A stretch of 64,000 nucleotides of DNA from NCBI GenBank assembly GCA_000004985.1, contig GG738847.1, one strand, 5' to 3'. This document shows, piece after piece, positions 1 through 11,400 of this stretch (position 1 is the first letter of the stretch; the number at the start of each line of letters is the position of its first letter). Under the pieces are notes generated by a model that worked only from the letters and a program-made list of their open reading frames with translations, did not search any database and was not told the DNA's origin. The position numbers and the translations under genes are program-made. Origin of the DNA: Naegleria gruberi (Eukaryota).

Positions 1-2943
1 TTGATTGAGAACATCAAAGAGACCATTGATGCTGTCTTGTCACCAGTTATTGGCAGAAATATTATTCAAAGCGGTTCTTCGAAACTTATCAAACTGGGAA
101 ATAACGAAATAGACTATCACGAAAATTTTAAACTTATTCTCCATACAAAACTTAATAACCCTCACTACAATCCAGAAATTCAAGCAGAAACAACCCTCAT
201 CAACTTCTCTGTCACAGAAGAAGGCTTAGAGGAACAATTACTTGCCCTTGTTGTCCAAAAAGAAAGATCTGACCTCGAAGAGAAGAAATCAGAACTCAAC
301 ACCAAGAAGAATGAATTCAAGATTAAACTGAAAGAATTGGAAGATAACTTGCTAGAAAATCTTAAGTACAAAGGTGATTTGCTTGGAAATGTTGAACTAA
401 TTACAGGTTTAGAAAACACAAAGAAAACAAGTGAAGAAATCAAGATTCAAGTTTTAGAATCTATTGAAACAGAAAAGGATATCAATGCTGCAAGAGAAAA
501 TTACAGAAAAGTTGCTAAGAGAGGAGCTATTCTTTATTTCCTTTTGGACCAACTTCAACTTGTAGAACATATGTACAAATATTCTTTAGCAGCTTTCAAT
601 GTTGTTTTCAACAGAGCAATTACTAAAACAGAAAAAGTTGAAAATGAGGACCTATTTGTGAGAATTGGCAAACTCATTGACTCTATTACTTATGCTTGCT
701 ATGAATACACTGAACGTGGTTTGTTTGAAAGACACAAACTCATTTTCATGACCAACCTTTGCTTCACTATCCATAGAGACATATTTAAACCAGAGCATTT
801 GAATTTCCTCATTAATTGTCCAGCAGATCCAAACACTCCAAAGGAAAATCCATTTGCTGACTGGCTTTCTGAATCTTGTTTCAAGGCAATTTACAAATTA
901 AGTCAATTAGAAGGTTTTGAAAAGTTATATGACGATATCTACAACTCAGGTAAGCGTTGGAAGCAATGGTCAATGCTTGAAGCCCCTGAAAAAGAAGGTT
1001 TACCACAAGATTGGAAGAAGAAGACAAACTTTGAGAAGTTGTTAATTATTAGAGCTTTAAGACCAGACAGAATTACACAGGCATTGAAGGAATTTGTTGG
1101 TGAGATTATGGGTGATAAGTTTGTTCAGTCCATTCCATTCTCTCTTGATAAGATATTTGCCGAGTCGAGACCTAACACTCCTCTCTTCTTCATTCTCTTC
1201 CCTGGTGCTGATCCAATCAAGAATATTGAAGCTTTGGGTAAAAGACTTGGTTTCTCTGAAGAAAATGACAAGTTTGTAAACATTTCTATGGGTAAAGGTC
1301 AAGAAGAACATGCAGAAAAGACATTACGTAAATCCTATGAAATTGGTGGATGGGTGGTGTTGCAAAACATTCACTTGATGCAGAAATGGTTGCCAACTCT
1401 TGAACGTACTCTTGAAAAGCTTTCTGAAGGCTCTCACAAAGACTTTAGAGTGTTCCTAACAGCTGAACCAACTCTTAATCCAGTTATTCCACAAAGTATT
1501 CTTCAAAACTCTATTAAGATCACAAACGAACCACCTCAAGATCTCTCAGCAAATCTCCACAGAGCCCTTTCGAACTTTTCTCAAGAATTCTTTGAGTCCT
1601 CAATCAAGCAAAGCGAATTCAAGACTATATTATTTGCTCTCTGTTTCTTCCATGCAGTTGTATTGGGTAGAAGAAAGTTCGGCTCTCAAGGATGGAGTAG
1701 AAACTATAGTTTTAACAATGGAGATTTGACAATCAGTGCAGACGTCTTGTATAACTACTTGGAAACCAATGATGCCATTCCATGGGAAGATATCAGATAT
1801 ATCTTTGGTGAAATTATGTATGGTGGTCATATTACTGATCACTGGGATAGAAGAACATGTACAACCTATCTCAAATGTTTACTTAAAGAACAATTATTCG
1901 ATGAAACAGAGTTAGCCCCTGGATTTAATGCTCCACCTTCAATGAACACTCTTGATGAATACCATGAATTTATCAATGAAAAACTTCCAGCAGAATCCCC
2001 ATTGCTGTTTGGCCTGCATCCAAATGCTGAAATTGACTTTTTGACAAACCAATCTGAAAGTTTATTCAAAGCCATAATCAAGATTAGAGGTGAAAGTAGT
2101 AATACATTTGTTAGTGATCATGTTGAAGATACACTTGCTCTCCAAATCGATGAATTATACAATACCCTCCCTGAAAACTTTGATTTGGATGAAATCTCTG
2201 GAAAGGCTGATAAGAAGATACCATTCGTTGCTGTCTGTTTGCAAGAATGTGAAAGAATGAACATCTTACTCAGTGAGATTAAGAATTCATTGACAGAATT
2301 GAAGATGGGTCTGAATGGTGAATTGACAATGTCAGAGCAAATGGATAAGTTGAAAAAGAGCTTGTCTTATGACCAAGTTCCAGCTCGTTGGGAGAAGGTT
2401 GCATATCCATCTGTTAAACCATTATCCCTTTGGTTTGAAGATCTTATTAAGAGAGTGAGACAATTAGAAGAATGGAGTTCAGAGCTGACTCTCCCAAAGG
2501 TACTTTGGTTATCAGGTCTTTTCAATCCGATGGCTTTCTTGACAGCCATTATGCAAACATCTGCCCGTAAGAATGGTTTCCCTCTTGATAGAATGTGTAT
2601 TCAAACAGAAGTCTTGAAAAAGACCAGATCTGAAATTCAACCTGTACCTCCAAGAGATGGTTGTTATGTTGATGGTTTTATTTTAGAAGGTGCAGGATGG
2701 GATATCAAGAGCAATGTTCTCAAAGATAGTGACCTTAAAGTTCTTCATTCACCAATGCCAGTCATTCACATCAAAGCTGTTCCAATTGATAAGAGAGACA
2801 CAAAGAATATTTATGAATGCCCTGTCTATGTTACTCCTCAAAGAGGTCCAACCTATATCTTTACTGCCCAATTAAAGACCAAACACGATGTATCCAAATG
2901 GGTATTAGCAGGAGCTTGTTTACTCCTACAAACATACAAATAA
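1..2943 (+). CDS. Dynein heavy chain, C-terminal ~980 aa (5'-truncated by window edge). One uninterrupted ORF ending TAA at 2941-2943.
   Basis: ORF track 1..2943. The translation has a typical dynein heavy-chain distal AAA region and C-terminal domain (e.g. LFFILFPGADP, GGWVVLQNIHLM, dynein-type terminal sequence). No introns in the ~2.9 kb present. Confidence 0.85.
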   Translation: MIENIKETIDAVLSPVIGRNIIQSGSSKLIKLGNNEIDYHENFKLILHTKLNNPHYNPEIQAETTLINFSVTEEGLEEQLLALVVQKERSDLEEKKSELNTKKNEFKIKLKELEDNLLENLKYKGDLLGNVELITGLENTKKTSEEIKIQVLESIETEKDINAARENYRKVAKRGAILYFLLDQLQLVEHMYKYSLAAFNVVFNRAITKTEKVENEDLFVRIGKLIDSITYACYEYTERGLFERHKLIFMTNLCFTIHRDIFKPEHLNFLINCPADPNTPKENPFADWLSESCFKAIYKLSQLEGFEKLYDDIYNSGKRWKQWSMLEAPEKEGLPQDWKKKTNFEKLLIIRALRPDRITQALKEFVGEIMGDKFVQSIPFSLDKIFAESRPNTPLFFILFPGADPIKNIEALGKRLGFSEENDKFVNISMGKGQEEHAEKTLRKSYEIGGWVVLQNIHLMQKWLPTLERTLEKLSEGSHKDFRVFLTAEPTLNPVIPQSILQNSIKITNEPPQDLSANLHRALSNFSQEFFESSIKQSEFKTILFALCFFHAVVLGRRKFGSQGWSRNYSFNNGDLTISADVLYNYLETNDAIPWEDIRYIFGEIMYGGHITDHWDRRTCTTYLKCLLKEQLFDETELAPGFNAPPSMNTLDEYHEFINEKLPAESPLLFGLHPNAEIDFLTNQSESLFKAIIKIRGESSNTFVSDHVEDTLALQIDELYNTLPENFDLDEISGKADKKIPFVAVCLQECERMNILLSEIKNSLTELKMGLNGELTMSEQMDKLKKSLSYDQVPARWEKVAYPSVKPLSLWFEDLIKRVRQLEEWSSELTLPKVLWLSGLFNPMAFLTAIMQTSARKNGFPLDRMCIQTEVLKKTRSEIQPVPPRDGCYVDGFILEGAGWDIKSNVLKDSDLKVLHSPMPVIHIKAVPIDKRDTKNIYECPVYVTPQRGPTYIFTAQLKTKHDVSKWVLAGACLLLQTYK

Positions 2944-2995
2944 ATGAATAATGTTAATGAATAAAAAAGTTGTAAGATATCTTTTGAAATCTAAT

Positions 2996-5014
2996 TTATT
3001 CCTGTTTTCTTTTCTTTTTTTCCTTCTTTTCCTTTTTATGCTTCTTTCTCTTCTTCCTTTCCTCATCATCTGAGGATGAGTCCAACATTTTGCGAATATC
3101 TGAAATTCTTGACTCTAATTGAGCAATATAACTTGTTGTCGAATCTCTTTTCATTGGATAAACATTAAAATCCAATTTCTTTTTCTCCTCTTTCTTTTCT
3201 ACAACTTCTACCTCTTTCTTTTCTTTCTTTTCCTTTGACTTCATGCTCTCTAGCACAGCCTTTCTCTTCTCAATTAGAGAATGAGACGACACCTCTCCTT
3301 TAGATTCCTTCATTTCTTTTACTATATCCTTGAGGGAATTTACGCTATCAAAAGAGAGAATATCTTCAGACTTTTCATTACTCTTTGTTTGTTGAGGCGT
3401 GTGAATTCTATTAGAAGGTACCACTTCGTCATCGTGTTCTATAATATTCCTCACTTTGGTCTCAAATACTTGTTTGAATAAATCAATAGAAGGTCTAGCT
3501 CCATCTTCCATCTTGTCTTGATTTTTCACAGATTGATCTGGATTTTGCTCCACAATGAAATCTTTTGCCAATACATGCGATTGCTTTTGTGTTGTTTCAG
3601 TTGTGGTATTTACAGGAATAGATATTGGATTACATCCAAAACGTTTGGAGAGTAATGGTTCTGGTCTCCAATCTGAGATAGTTCTAGACTTTTCTCGATT
3701 CACTCGAGTAGTACTACTTTTTGATGCCTCAGTACTACCATTGTCAGATGAGGAAACAAATCTATTAGACATAGATTTGGCTAAATGTTGTTGCATTTCT
3801 TTGGATTTCTCGCTTTGTCTTGAAGATTCTACCGACTTTTGATTGAGATTTGTAGATTCAAAAAGCTTCTTTCGTCTCTCTTCTGCAGCCATCAAGTGCA
3901 ATTGAATTTTGTGGTCTAATTTTTTGTATTCCTTCTTGATAGCTTCTGTATTAAAAATGTGATTTGGTACAAAATCCTCAGGAACCTTTGGAGGCAAGTA
4001 TTTGGTTTGATTGAGGAAAGGTTGTTTTGATTTAATGAAAATCAACTTCTCATCCCACGTATTTTCCTCACTCTCTTGGGTTGTTCTCAGATCTATATCA
4101 TAATTACTCATATCATCTTCTTGGTAATACTCTTCTTCTGTGGTATTCTTCTTATTATTATGTACAGGTTTTTGAATATTTAATATATCATTAAGGGTTG
4201 AATGTTTGTATCCAATACCACATTTATCTTCCTTAATAATAACAGTCGATAATTTAGAATCTGTGTGCAATTCCACAGAATCTGTCTTGCTATATGATTT
4301 GACTCCAATACCTTTCGAAGGAATCCATCCCATTTTCTTCAATAAGGAATATCCTATATTTGTTTCATTTGAATCATAACTCCTATCATTCAAACTAATC
4401 AATTTTTCAGAACTGCCGAATAATGCTTCCAAATGTCTTTGATCTGAAGAATTAATCTTTCCTCCAAATAAATCAGAAATTGGATCAGCAATTACCTTGT
4501 TTGTCACTTTCATAAATTTATCTGTTGCTTGAACCTGTTTCGAACCACTCAATCCAAAAATCTCTTTCATATCCTCTTCATCCATAAAATCAGTAATCTT
4601 CCTCTCTAATCTAAAATCATTAGATGGATTCCAACCCTCCTTTGATCCAACAGTGTTGAAATAACCAGCAGAATAACCACCTGTAAAGGCTCCATGAAAT
4701 CTTCTTCTTCCCTTTTCATCGGTTGCATATTGTTGATGTTCGGAAGTGTATCTTTCTTGATTATGGGCTTTTAATTCTCTTTCATTCTCTTCATCACCAT
4801 CAAAGATTGGTGTTCCGAATAGAGTTTGATTATTTCTTCTTCTATTATGTGATGAAGAAGAATTGATTTGAGAATGTCCTAACCCTGCCCTTGATTCATG
4901 ATGAGAAGAAAACCCACCATGATGATTATTACTACTGGTTCCTTGTTGATGTGCTCGATTATTCCGCTGCTGATATTGTTGATGATTATTGTGCTTACTA
5001 TGATGATTAAACAT
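2996..5014 (-). CDS. GPATCH1-like protein (DUF1604 N-domain plus G-patch), 672 aa with a K/E-rich tail.
   Basis: ATG at 5012-5014 (minus). The N-terminal motif FHGAFTGGYSAGYFNTVGSKEGW is the GPATCH1/DUF1604 signature. The G-patch is GYSLLKKMGWIPSKGIGVK. His/Asn/Gln-rich N-terminus and Lys/Glu-rich C-terminus. Convergent with the dynein gene, 52 bp between stops. Confidence 0.6.
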   Translation of the reverse strand: MFNHHSKHNNHQQYQQRNNRAHQQGTSSNNHHGGFSSHHESRAGLGHSQINSSSSHNRRRNNQTLFGTPIFDGDEENERELKAHNQERYTSEHQQYATDEKGRRRFHGAFTGGYSAGYFNTVGSKEGWNPSNDFRLERKITDFMDEEDMKEIFGLSGSKQVQATDKFMKVTNKVIADPISDLFGGKINSSDQRHLEALFGSSEKLISLNDRSYDSNETNIGYSLLKKMGWIPSKGIGVKSYSKTDSVELHTDSKLSTVIIKEDKCGIGYKHSTLNDILNIQKPVHNNKKNTTEEEYYQEDDMSNYDIDLRTTQESEENTWDEKLIFIKSKQPFLNQTKYLPPKVPEDFVPNHIFNTEAIKKEYKKLDHKIQLHLMAAEERRKKLFESTNLNQKSVESSRQSEKSKEMQQHLAKSMSNRFVSSSDNGSTEASKSSTTRVNREKSRTISDWRPEPLLSKRFGCNPISIPVNTTTETTQKQSHVLAKDFIVEQNPDQSVKNQDKMEDGARPSIDLFKQVFETKVRNIIEHDDEVVPSNRIHTPQQTKSNEKSEDILSFDSVNSLKDIVKEMKESKGEVSSHSLIEKRKAVLESMKSKEKKEKKEVEVVEKKEEKKKLDFNVYPMKRDSTTSYIAQLESRISDIRKMLDSSSDDEERKKRKKHKKEKKEKKKRKQE

Positions 5015-5301
5015 TTTTTTGTAATTTACCTATTTTTATCATCTAATTTAAATAAAAAAATAAACAAAGTGTTTGTTAAAGGCTACTATTTCTTCTTGTT
5101 CAACAGTTTTGTTTTCTCGTGAAATGTACATTAATGTTAGAATTTATTGTTGTTGTTGGGTTGCTTTGGAAGAGAAATTCTTCATCATGAAAGGAAAGCG
5201 CCAAACTCGAAAAATATTAAAAAAAAATTGGAAACTAAAAAAACCGTTTCCTTGTTTTTTTGCCCATCACATCATCATCATTTGTTTTATTTATTGTTAT
5301 C

Positions 5302-7011
5302 ATGTCTGATTCATCATTATCTTTCTTTCAGAAGGAGACGATTCAAGTGATCGCTCAATCTGTGGGCATTACTAAATTAAAAGATGAAATTGCTCAAGCT
5401 TTGGCTCTTGATGTTGAATATAGAGTGAGAGAAATAATACAAGATGCTTCAAAGTGTATGAAACATGCTAAGAGAGGAGTTTTAACTACAGATGATATTA
5501 GTAATGCCTTGGCAATGAAGAATATCGAGGTAGGTAACTTTGTATATTATTTGATGATCATGAATGTTGTTTTAGCCACTTTACGGATTCAAAGGACAAT
5601 CATCACAACCAAATAGATTTAGGAGAGTTAAACAAACGAAAGATTTATACTTTTTGGAGGATGTAGAACTTGATTTGAAGGATTGTTTGGAAAAACCTCT
5701 TCCAAAGATACCAATAGGACCATCAATATTTACACACTGGTTGGCCATTCAAGGTATTCAACCAAAGATTCCTCAAAATCCTACTATTGAAGAAACAGAA
5801 TCGGAAAGAAAGAAGGAATCAAAAGATAAGGATCAATCCAAGAAAGTTTCATCATCACACGATCCTAATGTAGAATTTAAACCACTTGTCAAACATATAT
5901 TATCGGAAGAACTCCAAATGTACTTTGAAAAAGTTACAGAAGCTATCAAAGATACTACAAACCAAAAGAAAGAACTAAGAAAAGCTGTCATTGAAAGCTT
6001 GGCAACTGATTCTGGTATTAATCAACTCGTCCCTTATTTTACTCAATTTATTGCTAGTGAAGTCACAAATAATATGAGAAATTTGACTCTTCTTTATAGA
6101 TTGATGGAAATGACAAAAGCACTTCTTGTCAACCCAAATATTCATATTGAACTTTATGTATGTACTGCTTTGAATCATTTTAAATCTTATCATAGTATTA
6201 GCTTCATCAAATAATGCCTTCAATTCTGACTTGTATTGTTGGTAAAACTTTATGTGAAAATCCATATGAAAACCATTGGGGACTTCGAGACTTTTCAGCA
6301 AATACTATTGCCTATATTTGTCGCAAGTAAGTTTCTATTATATTTTTGAAACAGTATTCATCAAATATTTAAAGATTTGGCTCCTCATATCATACCCTCC
6401 AACCCAGAATTACTAAAACATTGCTTCATGCATTTTTAGATCCAAAAAGGTCAAGGGCAACTCATTATGGTGCTATTGTAGGAATTACAGCTCTAGGATC
6501 ACATGTAACACAACTCTTGCTCTTGGAACCTCCTAAGAATTCTAACCTTAAAATATTTTGCAATTTACTCCTTCCTGAACTTGTTTCCTCTGACATGAAC
6601 ACTAAACACCAGGCCTTTATGTGTTACAAAGCATTATTAACAGCCCCTGGAAACTTTTTCACTCAACTTGCTAGGTTTTTCAAACTTGAACAACAGGAAC
6701 GTGTGAGAGATCTTGGAGAAAATTCAAATGTTATTGAAGAGGATGATAATTATTACGAATCTCCTCAACTTGATTCATCAAAGAAGAGAGATTCCAACAA
6801 ATCAGAGGAGGTTCTAAAGATTGAACAATTGACCAGAGAAATGAGAGAAAGAATGAATTCATCCAATATTCCAGAAGATGTTTCTGAAAGATATTCAGAA
6901 TTCTTTGATTTGTTTGGTGAATCAGTATTTTCCTTCATTGACTATGATGTTTATAACAAGAAACCTGACAACTCTCCTGATGCATTCCTGCTTCGTGACT
7001 TGATTTTGTAA
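5302..7011 (+). CDS. TAF6: TFIID subunit TAF6 homolog, 4 exons: ~5302-5529, 5576-6157, 6202-6326, 6408-7011. Introns ~46, 44 and 81 nt.
   Basis: Exon 1 MSDSSLSFFQKETIQVIAQSVGITKL...TTDDISNALAMKNIE joins PLYGF... after a GTAGGT...TTTTAG intron. This matches the TAF6 histone-fold N-terminus (ESIKVIAESVGI...DVEYR...KRxxLTTxDIDxAL...NVEPLYGF). Downstream exons give LHQIMPSILTCIVGKTLCENPYENHWGLRDFSANTIAYICRK and ITKTLLHAFLDPKRSRATHYGAIVGI, the TAF6 middle domain. Junctions are GTATGT...TATTAG and GTAAGT...CCCAG. Confidence 0.75.
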
Positions 7012-7275
7012 TTAAACTTTTTAATGTACATTTCAACATAACTGGTCTGGATGACATTGTTGGTTCAAATGAGCAAACAGACAATTATTCTACCTCAACC
7101 ACAGTAAAAAAACAAAATTTCATTCCACAATTTCATCTTACAAAGAATGGAATTAAGGATGTTAATTTAAAATCAGTATCGTGATCGAGCTAGATCACAG
7201 TTTTGTGTTCAATTGTAAACTCTCGGTTTTTCATATTCAGAATGCAATTGTTTTATTTATAGAAAAACAAAAAAA

Positions 7276-8373
7276 ATGCAAACAAGAAACATACTCGTGT
7301 CCGGACTGGGTGGTGGTCTCGATATTCAAAATGCTCTTTTATTATTTAAACTTTTAAAGAATACACAAAAACACTCGAGTGAGCTTTCTGATGATTTTCA
7401 ATTTAATATTGCTAATGTATACCTTGGTTCAGTGAGACCTTGTCGCCAAGAAAATATCAATGATCCGATTGATACAACAATTTCACCATTTGTAACTGTG
7501 ATCGGAGCAAATAGTACAATTTCTATCAAGGGAAGATATTTTGAACCAACAATTGCAAAAGAATTAAATGAAAATGTAATCATGATGACAGGTTCAGTGG
7601 ACAAGACACCTACTGTTGACACTTTGGCAATTGACAATTTGAAAGAAGGATTGAAAGCACTTACAGAAAAGTATCAATTGACTGATTTGATATTTGTTGA
7701 TGGTGGTGGAGACTCTTTGATACTAGACAGTAATGACACAATTGATAAGGTAGGTCTATAATTGGAGTAATATTGATTCAATTTACAAAAAAAGATTCAT
7801 AACAATGTATTTATTGGTGGAGATGCTGTATGCTTAGCTGCTCTCCATAAATTGTCTTTGGAATTACCAAATATCAATATAATTCAAGGAATTATTGCTG
7901 TTGGATTGGATGTTAACAGGAAAGCATTCAAAAAGAATGTTAAAGAAATTGGAGAACGTGGAGGATATTACGGAAGAGTAAATTTTTCAACAGGAAAATC
8001 AGTTGACACAAGAAATCATACCAATGTTTTTGTAAACTCTCTCACACGTTACATATTTGAAAATCAAATTGTAAGAGAGGCAACTTTACAGGAATTCTTT
8101 GAAGTTGCAGAAAAATATCTTGTCCTCACACCAGAGCACTGTAAAATCAAAGACGATCCAAAAGCAACAGAGAAGAGATTTATGAGTCATACTGCAGTTG
8201 TGACCTATCATGCTTTGAAGAATAATTTTGGACTTCAAAGGACATTTGTTCCTTGGGAACCAAAATTGAAGGAAGGAAAGGGAGTAGTTGTAGATGTTGA
8301 CCATCAGTGGCTCTACCTACTCAATCCAGCCACTGCTGAGCAAATTAAAATTGACAAATTTAACACTGAATAA
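7276..8373 (+). CDS. Conserved hypothetical protein (~350 aa), 2 exons: 7276-7749 and 7795-8373, with a 45-nt GTAGGT...AAAAAG intron.
   Basis: ORFs 7276..7761 and 7852..8373 join in phase 0 (...SNDTIDK|IHNNVFIGGDAVC...). Gly-rich motifs LVSGLGGGLD and IFVDGGGDSL; no family recognised. Confidence 0.4.
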
Positions 8374-8419
8374 AAACTTTCCCGCCAAATAAATTGTTCA
8401 ATTTTTAAATTTAAAAAAA

Positions 8420-11400
8420 ATGAAAAGAAAACAAAAAGAAGCTCAAATCATTTCATCATCGGATGAAGCAGATGATGAAGTTGTTGTTGTGATTAATTCG
8501 AGTGATGAATCGGAAGAGGATGATAACGATTATGGTTATTCACTAGTAAAGGGTAGTGGCCAATATAAGTCTCTTTATGATTTTACTATTGTGTCAAATC
8601 CTGATTATTTGGAGAATGGAGATAAACCAAGGTTCTTTTCTATTGAAGGATTGACTTCGGTTGGAAAGGAATTATTTGCTTGTGGAATGTGCTTTAGTCA
8701 TGACAAGAAAACTGACAGCAAAGTTGGCTCACGTTCAGTATTTGGACCTATTAAAGAATGGGCAATAGAATATAGATTCTTGCCTGTTGTTAGTATTTTG
8801 GTTGAAACTTCGTCAAAGGATACCGAGTGGATTGAACTTATTTCTCCAACAAAAGAATATTTTCACATATTCAATTCTACATATCAGACGATTGCTGTGT
8901 GCCATGCTTTGATTAATCTTGTTCAGAGACATCCAAAAGAGTCGTACGAATCTATTATAGAAATGGTAGGTTTATTGGAATTATTCAGTCTTTAACATTT
9001 AAATAGCTCAAAAAAGCACAATTGGCTTTTATTTACCACCCAACCATAAGAAATACTAAACCCATTGTAAGCGAGGATTACATTCTTGAAAAATCAAAAT
9101 TTATTTCAGAACAATTCAATAGTTTACAAGAGACGAGGGTTTTAAACTCTTCATTCTTTTCACAACTAGTAAGTGTCTTCTTAAATTAATTCTAACGCAT
9201 TTATAGGAGGACATAATGATGAGAGGGGGAGTTCTTGCTGAACTTATTACTTCATCTGAGGAGGAAGAGGATGACACTCAATCAACAAGCTCAGAAGAAG
9301 AGTTTGTTCCAAAGGGTGCTCACTCTGATCCAAGTGATGAATCCATGTCAGAAGTTGTCTCAGAATCATCAGATTCTTCTGACTCTTTTTATAAACCAAA
9401 ATCTGTGAAAACTAAAAAGCAAACAAAATCTAAGAAAACCCTCTCTACTGTATCAACTAAAAAGGAAAATTTAATTAATGACGATTATTCGAGTGGCTCT
9501 GAGGAAGAAACTAAGACTAAGAAAACTAAAGCAAAATCCTTGAAGAAAACAACAGTCAAAAAAGAAAAGAAGGAGAAGGAAATTGTAAATAAGAATTTAG
9601 AACAAATTAAAGCCCATGACCTTGAAGATATCAAATGGGGAAAGCCAATCAGTAAGAAAATTGACGAATCAGGTCGAAAATATTTCAAGTCTTGTAAAAT
9701 TTCAAAAGAGGAATATAATATTGGCGATTTTATCTACTTGAAAACTCCATATCTCAATCATGAAATGCCATACTATATTTGTATGGTTGATTCATTCTTT
9801 GAAAATTGGAAAGGTCAGCGTCAGATGCGAGTGAGATGGCTTAGAAGATATCAAGATATTAAGATACTTACTACAGGAGAATATCATAATGTACTTTGTT
9901 ATGATCACCAGGAGTTGTACTTGACAGACGAATATGATGATGTGAGTATACTTACTTTAATTAATTACAAACATAATATTTTAGAACTTTATCAAGAACA
10001 TTAAGGGAAGATGTGCTGTATTTTTTGTAAGAAAGACTGAAGATTTTGAAAAAATTGAAGGATCACGAGATAAGAAGGATATTTTCTATTGTAAAAGCAA
10101 GATTGTAATTGTTGGAGAACAGATTTCTCTGTTAGAGTTAAGTCCACAAGAAATTGAACTCACATTCAAATGTATGGAAAATAACTTGAATGCCATTAAG
10201 GACCAATTCATTCCAAAAGAAAAAATTACAGCTCTTGACATATTTTCTGGTTGCGGTGGGTTGAGCCTAGGGTTGGAAAGAGCAGGTATCCATGTTAAAT
10301 ACAGCATCGAATTTTGGAAACCAGCAGCTGATACTCATCACTATTATTTCAAAGATTGCCACACCTTTTGTAAGAATGCCGAAGAGTTCCTCAAGCACAT
10401 TAAGGTGGCTAATGAATTGAAAAAAAGGTTTGGTCTTTTAGATAAAAAGTGTCAAATCAAAGGTTCACCTGGTAAGAGAAGAGTGATCCACATCAAAAAT
10501 GCCAAAAGAAAGAAGGATGGATCTCTTTGGTTAATGGTTGAGAAACAGGGTCAAGATTTGTGGATGGATGTTGAAAAAATGGATAGTTATAGAGCAGAAA
10601 TTGTACATTTTCTATCAACAAAATATGCAAACATACCAGCACCTGACGAAATTGATTTAATTGCTGGAGGACCTCCTTGTCAAGGATTCAGTTTACTGAA
10701 TAGATTCAAAGAAACAGATTCATCAAAGTTCTTATCACACGATAAGAATCGTTTAGTTTTAGTGTTTTTGGATTATGTGAAATACTTTAAGCCTAAATAT
10801 GTACTGATTGAAAATGTGACAGGTATTCTTAACACGACAGTATTTGATGTACCATCAGCAATCATTGAAAAGTTGGATGCAAGAGGTTATGAAGCCAAAT
10901 TCTCAACAGTTAACGCACAACACTTTGGAGTAAGTTTTTAATATATTTCAATAACGTAATTTATCGTTAAAGTTACCACAAACAAGAACAAGAGTAATTT
11001 TCTTTGGTGCAAGAAAGGATGAAAACCTTAAAGTTCCAGATTTCCCAAAGAATACTCATGCTTCCCATAAAGTTAGTGCTGTTCTTGACAATGCCAGTCA
11101 GGTAAAACTTGTAGCAAATGTAAGAAAGATTGTTGCAGGACCTCTTCCTCCTGTTTCACTCAGAGATGTTATTAGTGATCTGATTCCTTTTGAGGATTCA
11201 TCAGAATCAACTGCTGAATATCTACCTCCAAAGACAGTCTATCAAAAGCTCTATAGAAAGGATAGCGATACTTGCATTGATCACATTTCACAATCATATG
11301 GAGAGGTAACCTCAGCACTTATCAAATGTTTACCTAGATATCCTGGTTGTAATTTTAGAGATTTGGCAGAAAGTGCAAGACCACTTTTAAAAGAGGGTTA

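Noticed and set aside
5073-5350. Short overlapping ORFs between the GPATCH1-like and TAF6 genes
   Set aside because: AT-rich promoter/5'-UTR region. The ORFs are His/Leu/Phe-rich translations of homopolymeric runs with no start context and overlap each other in all frames.
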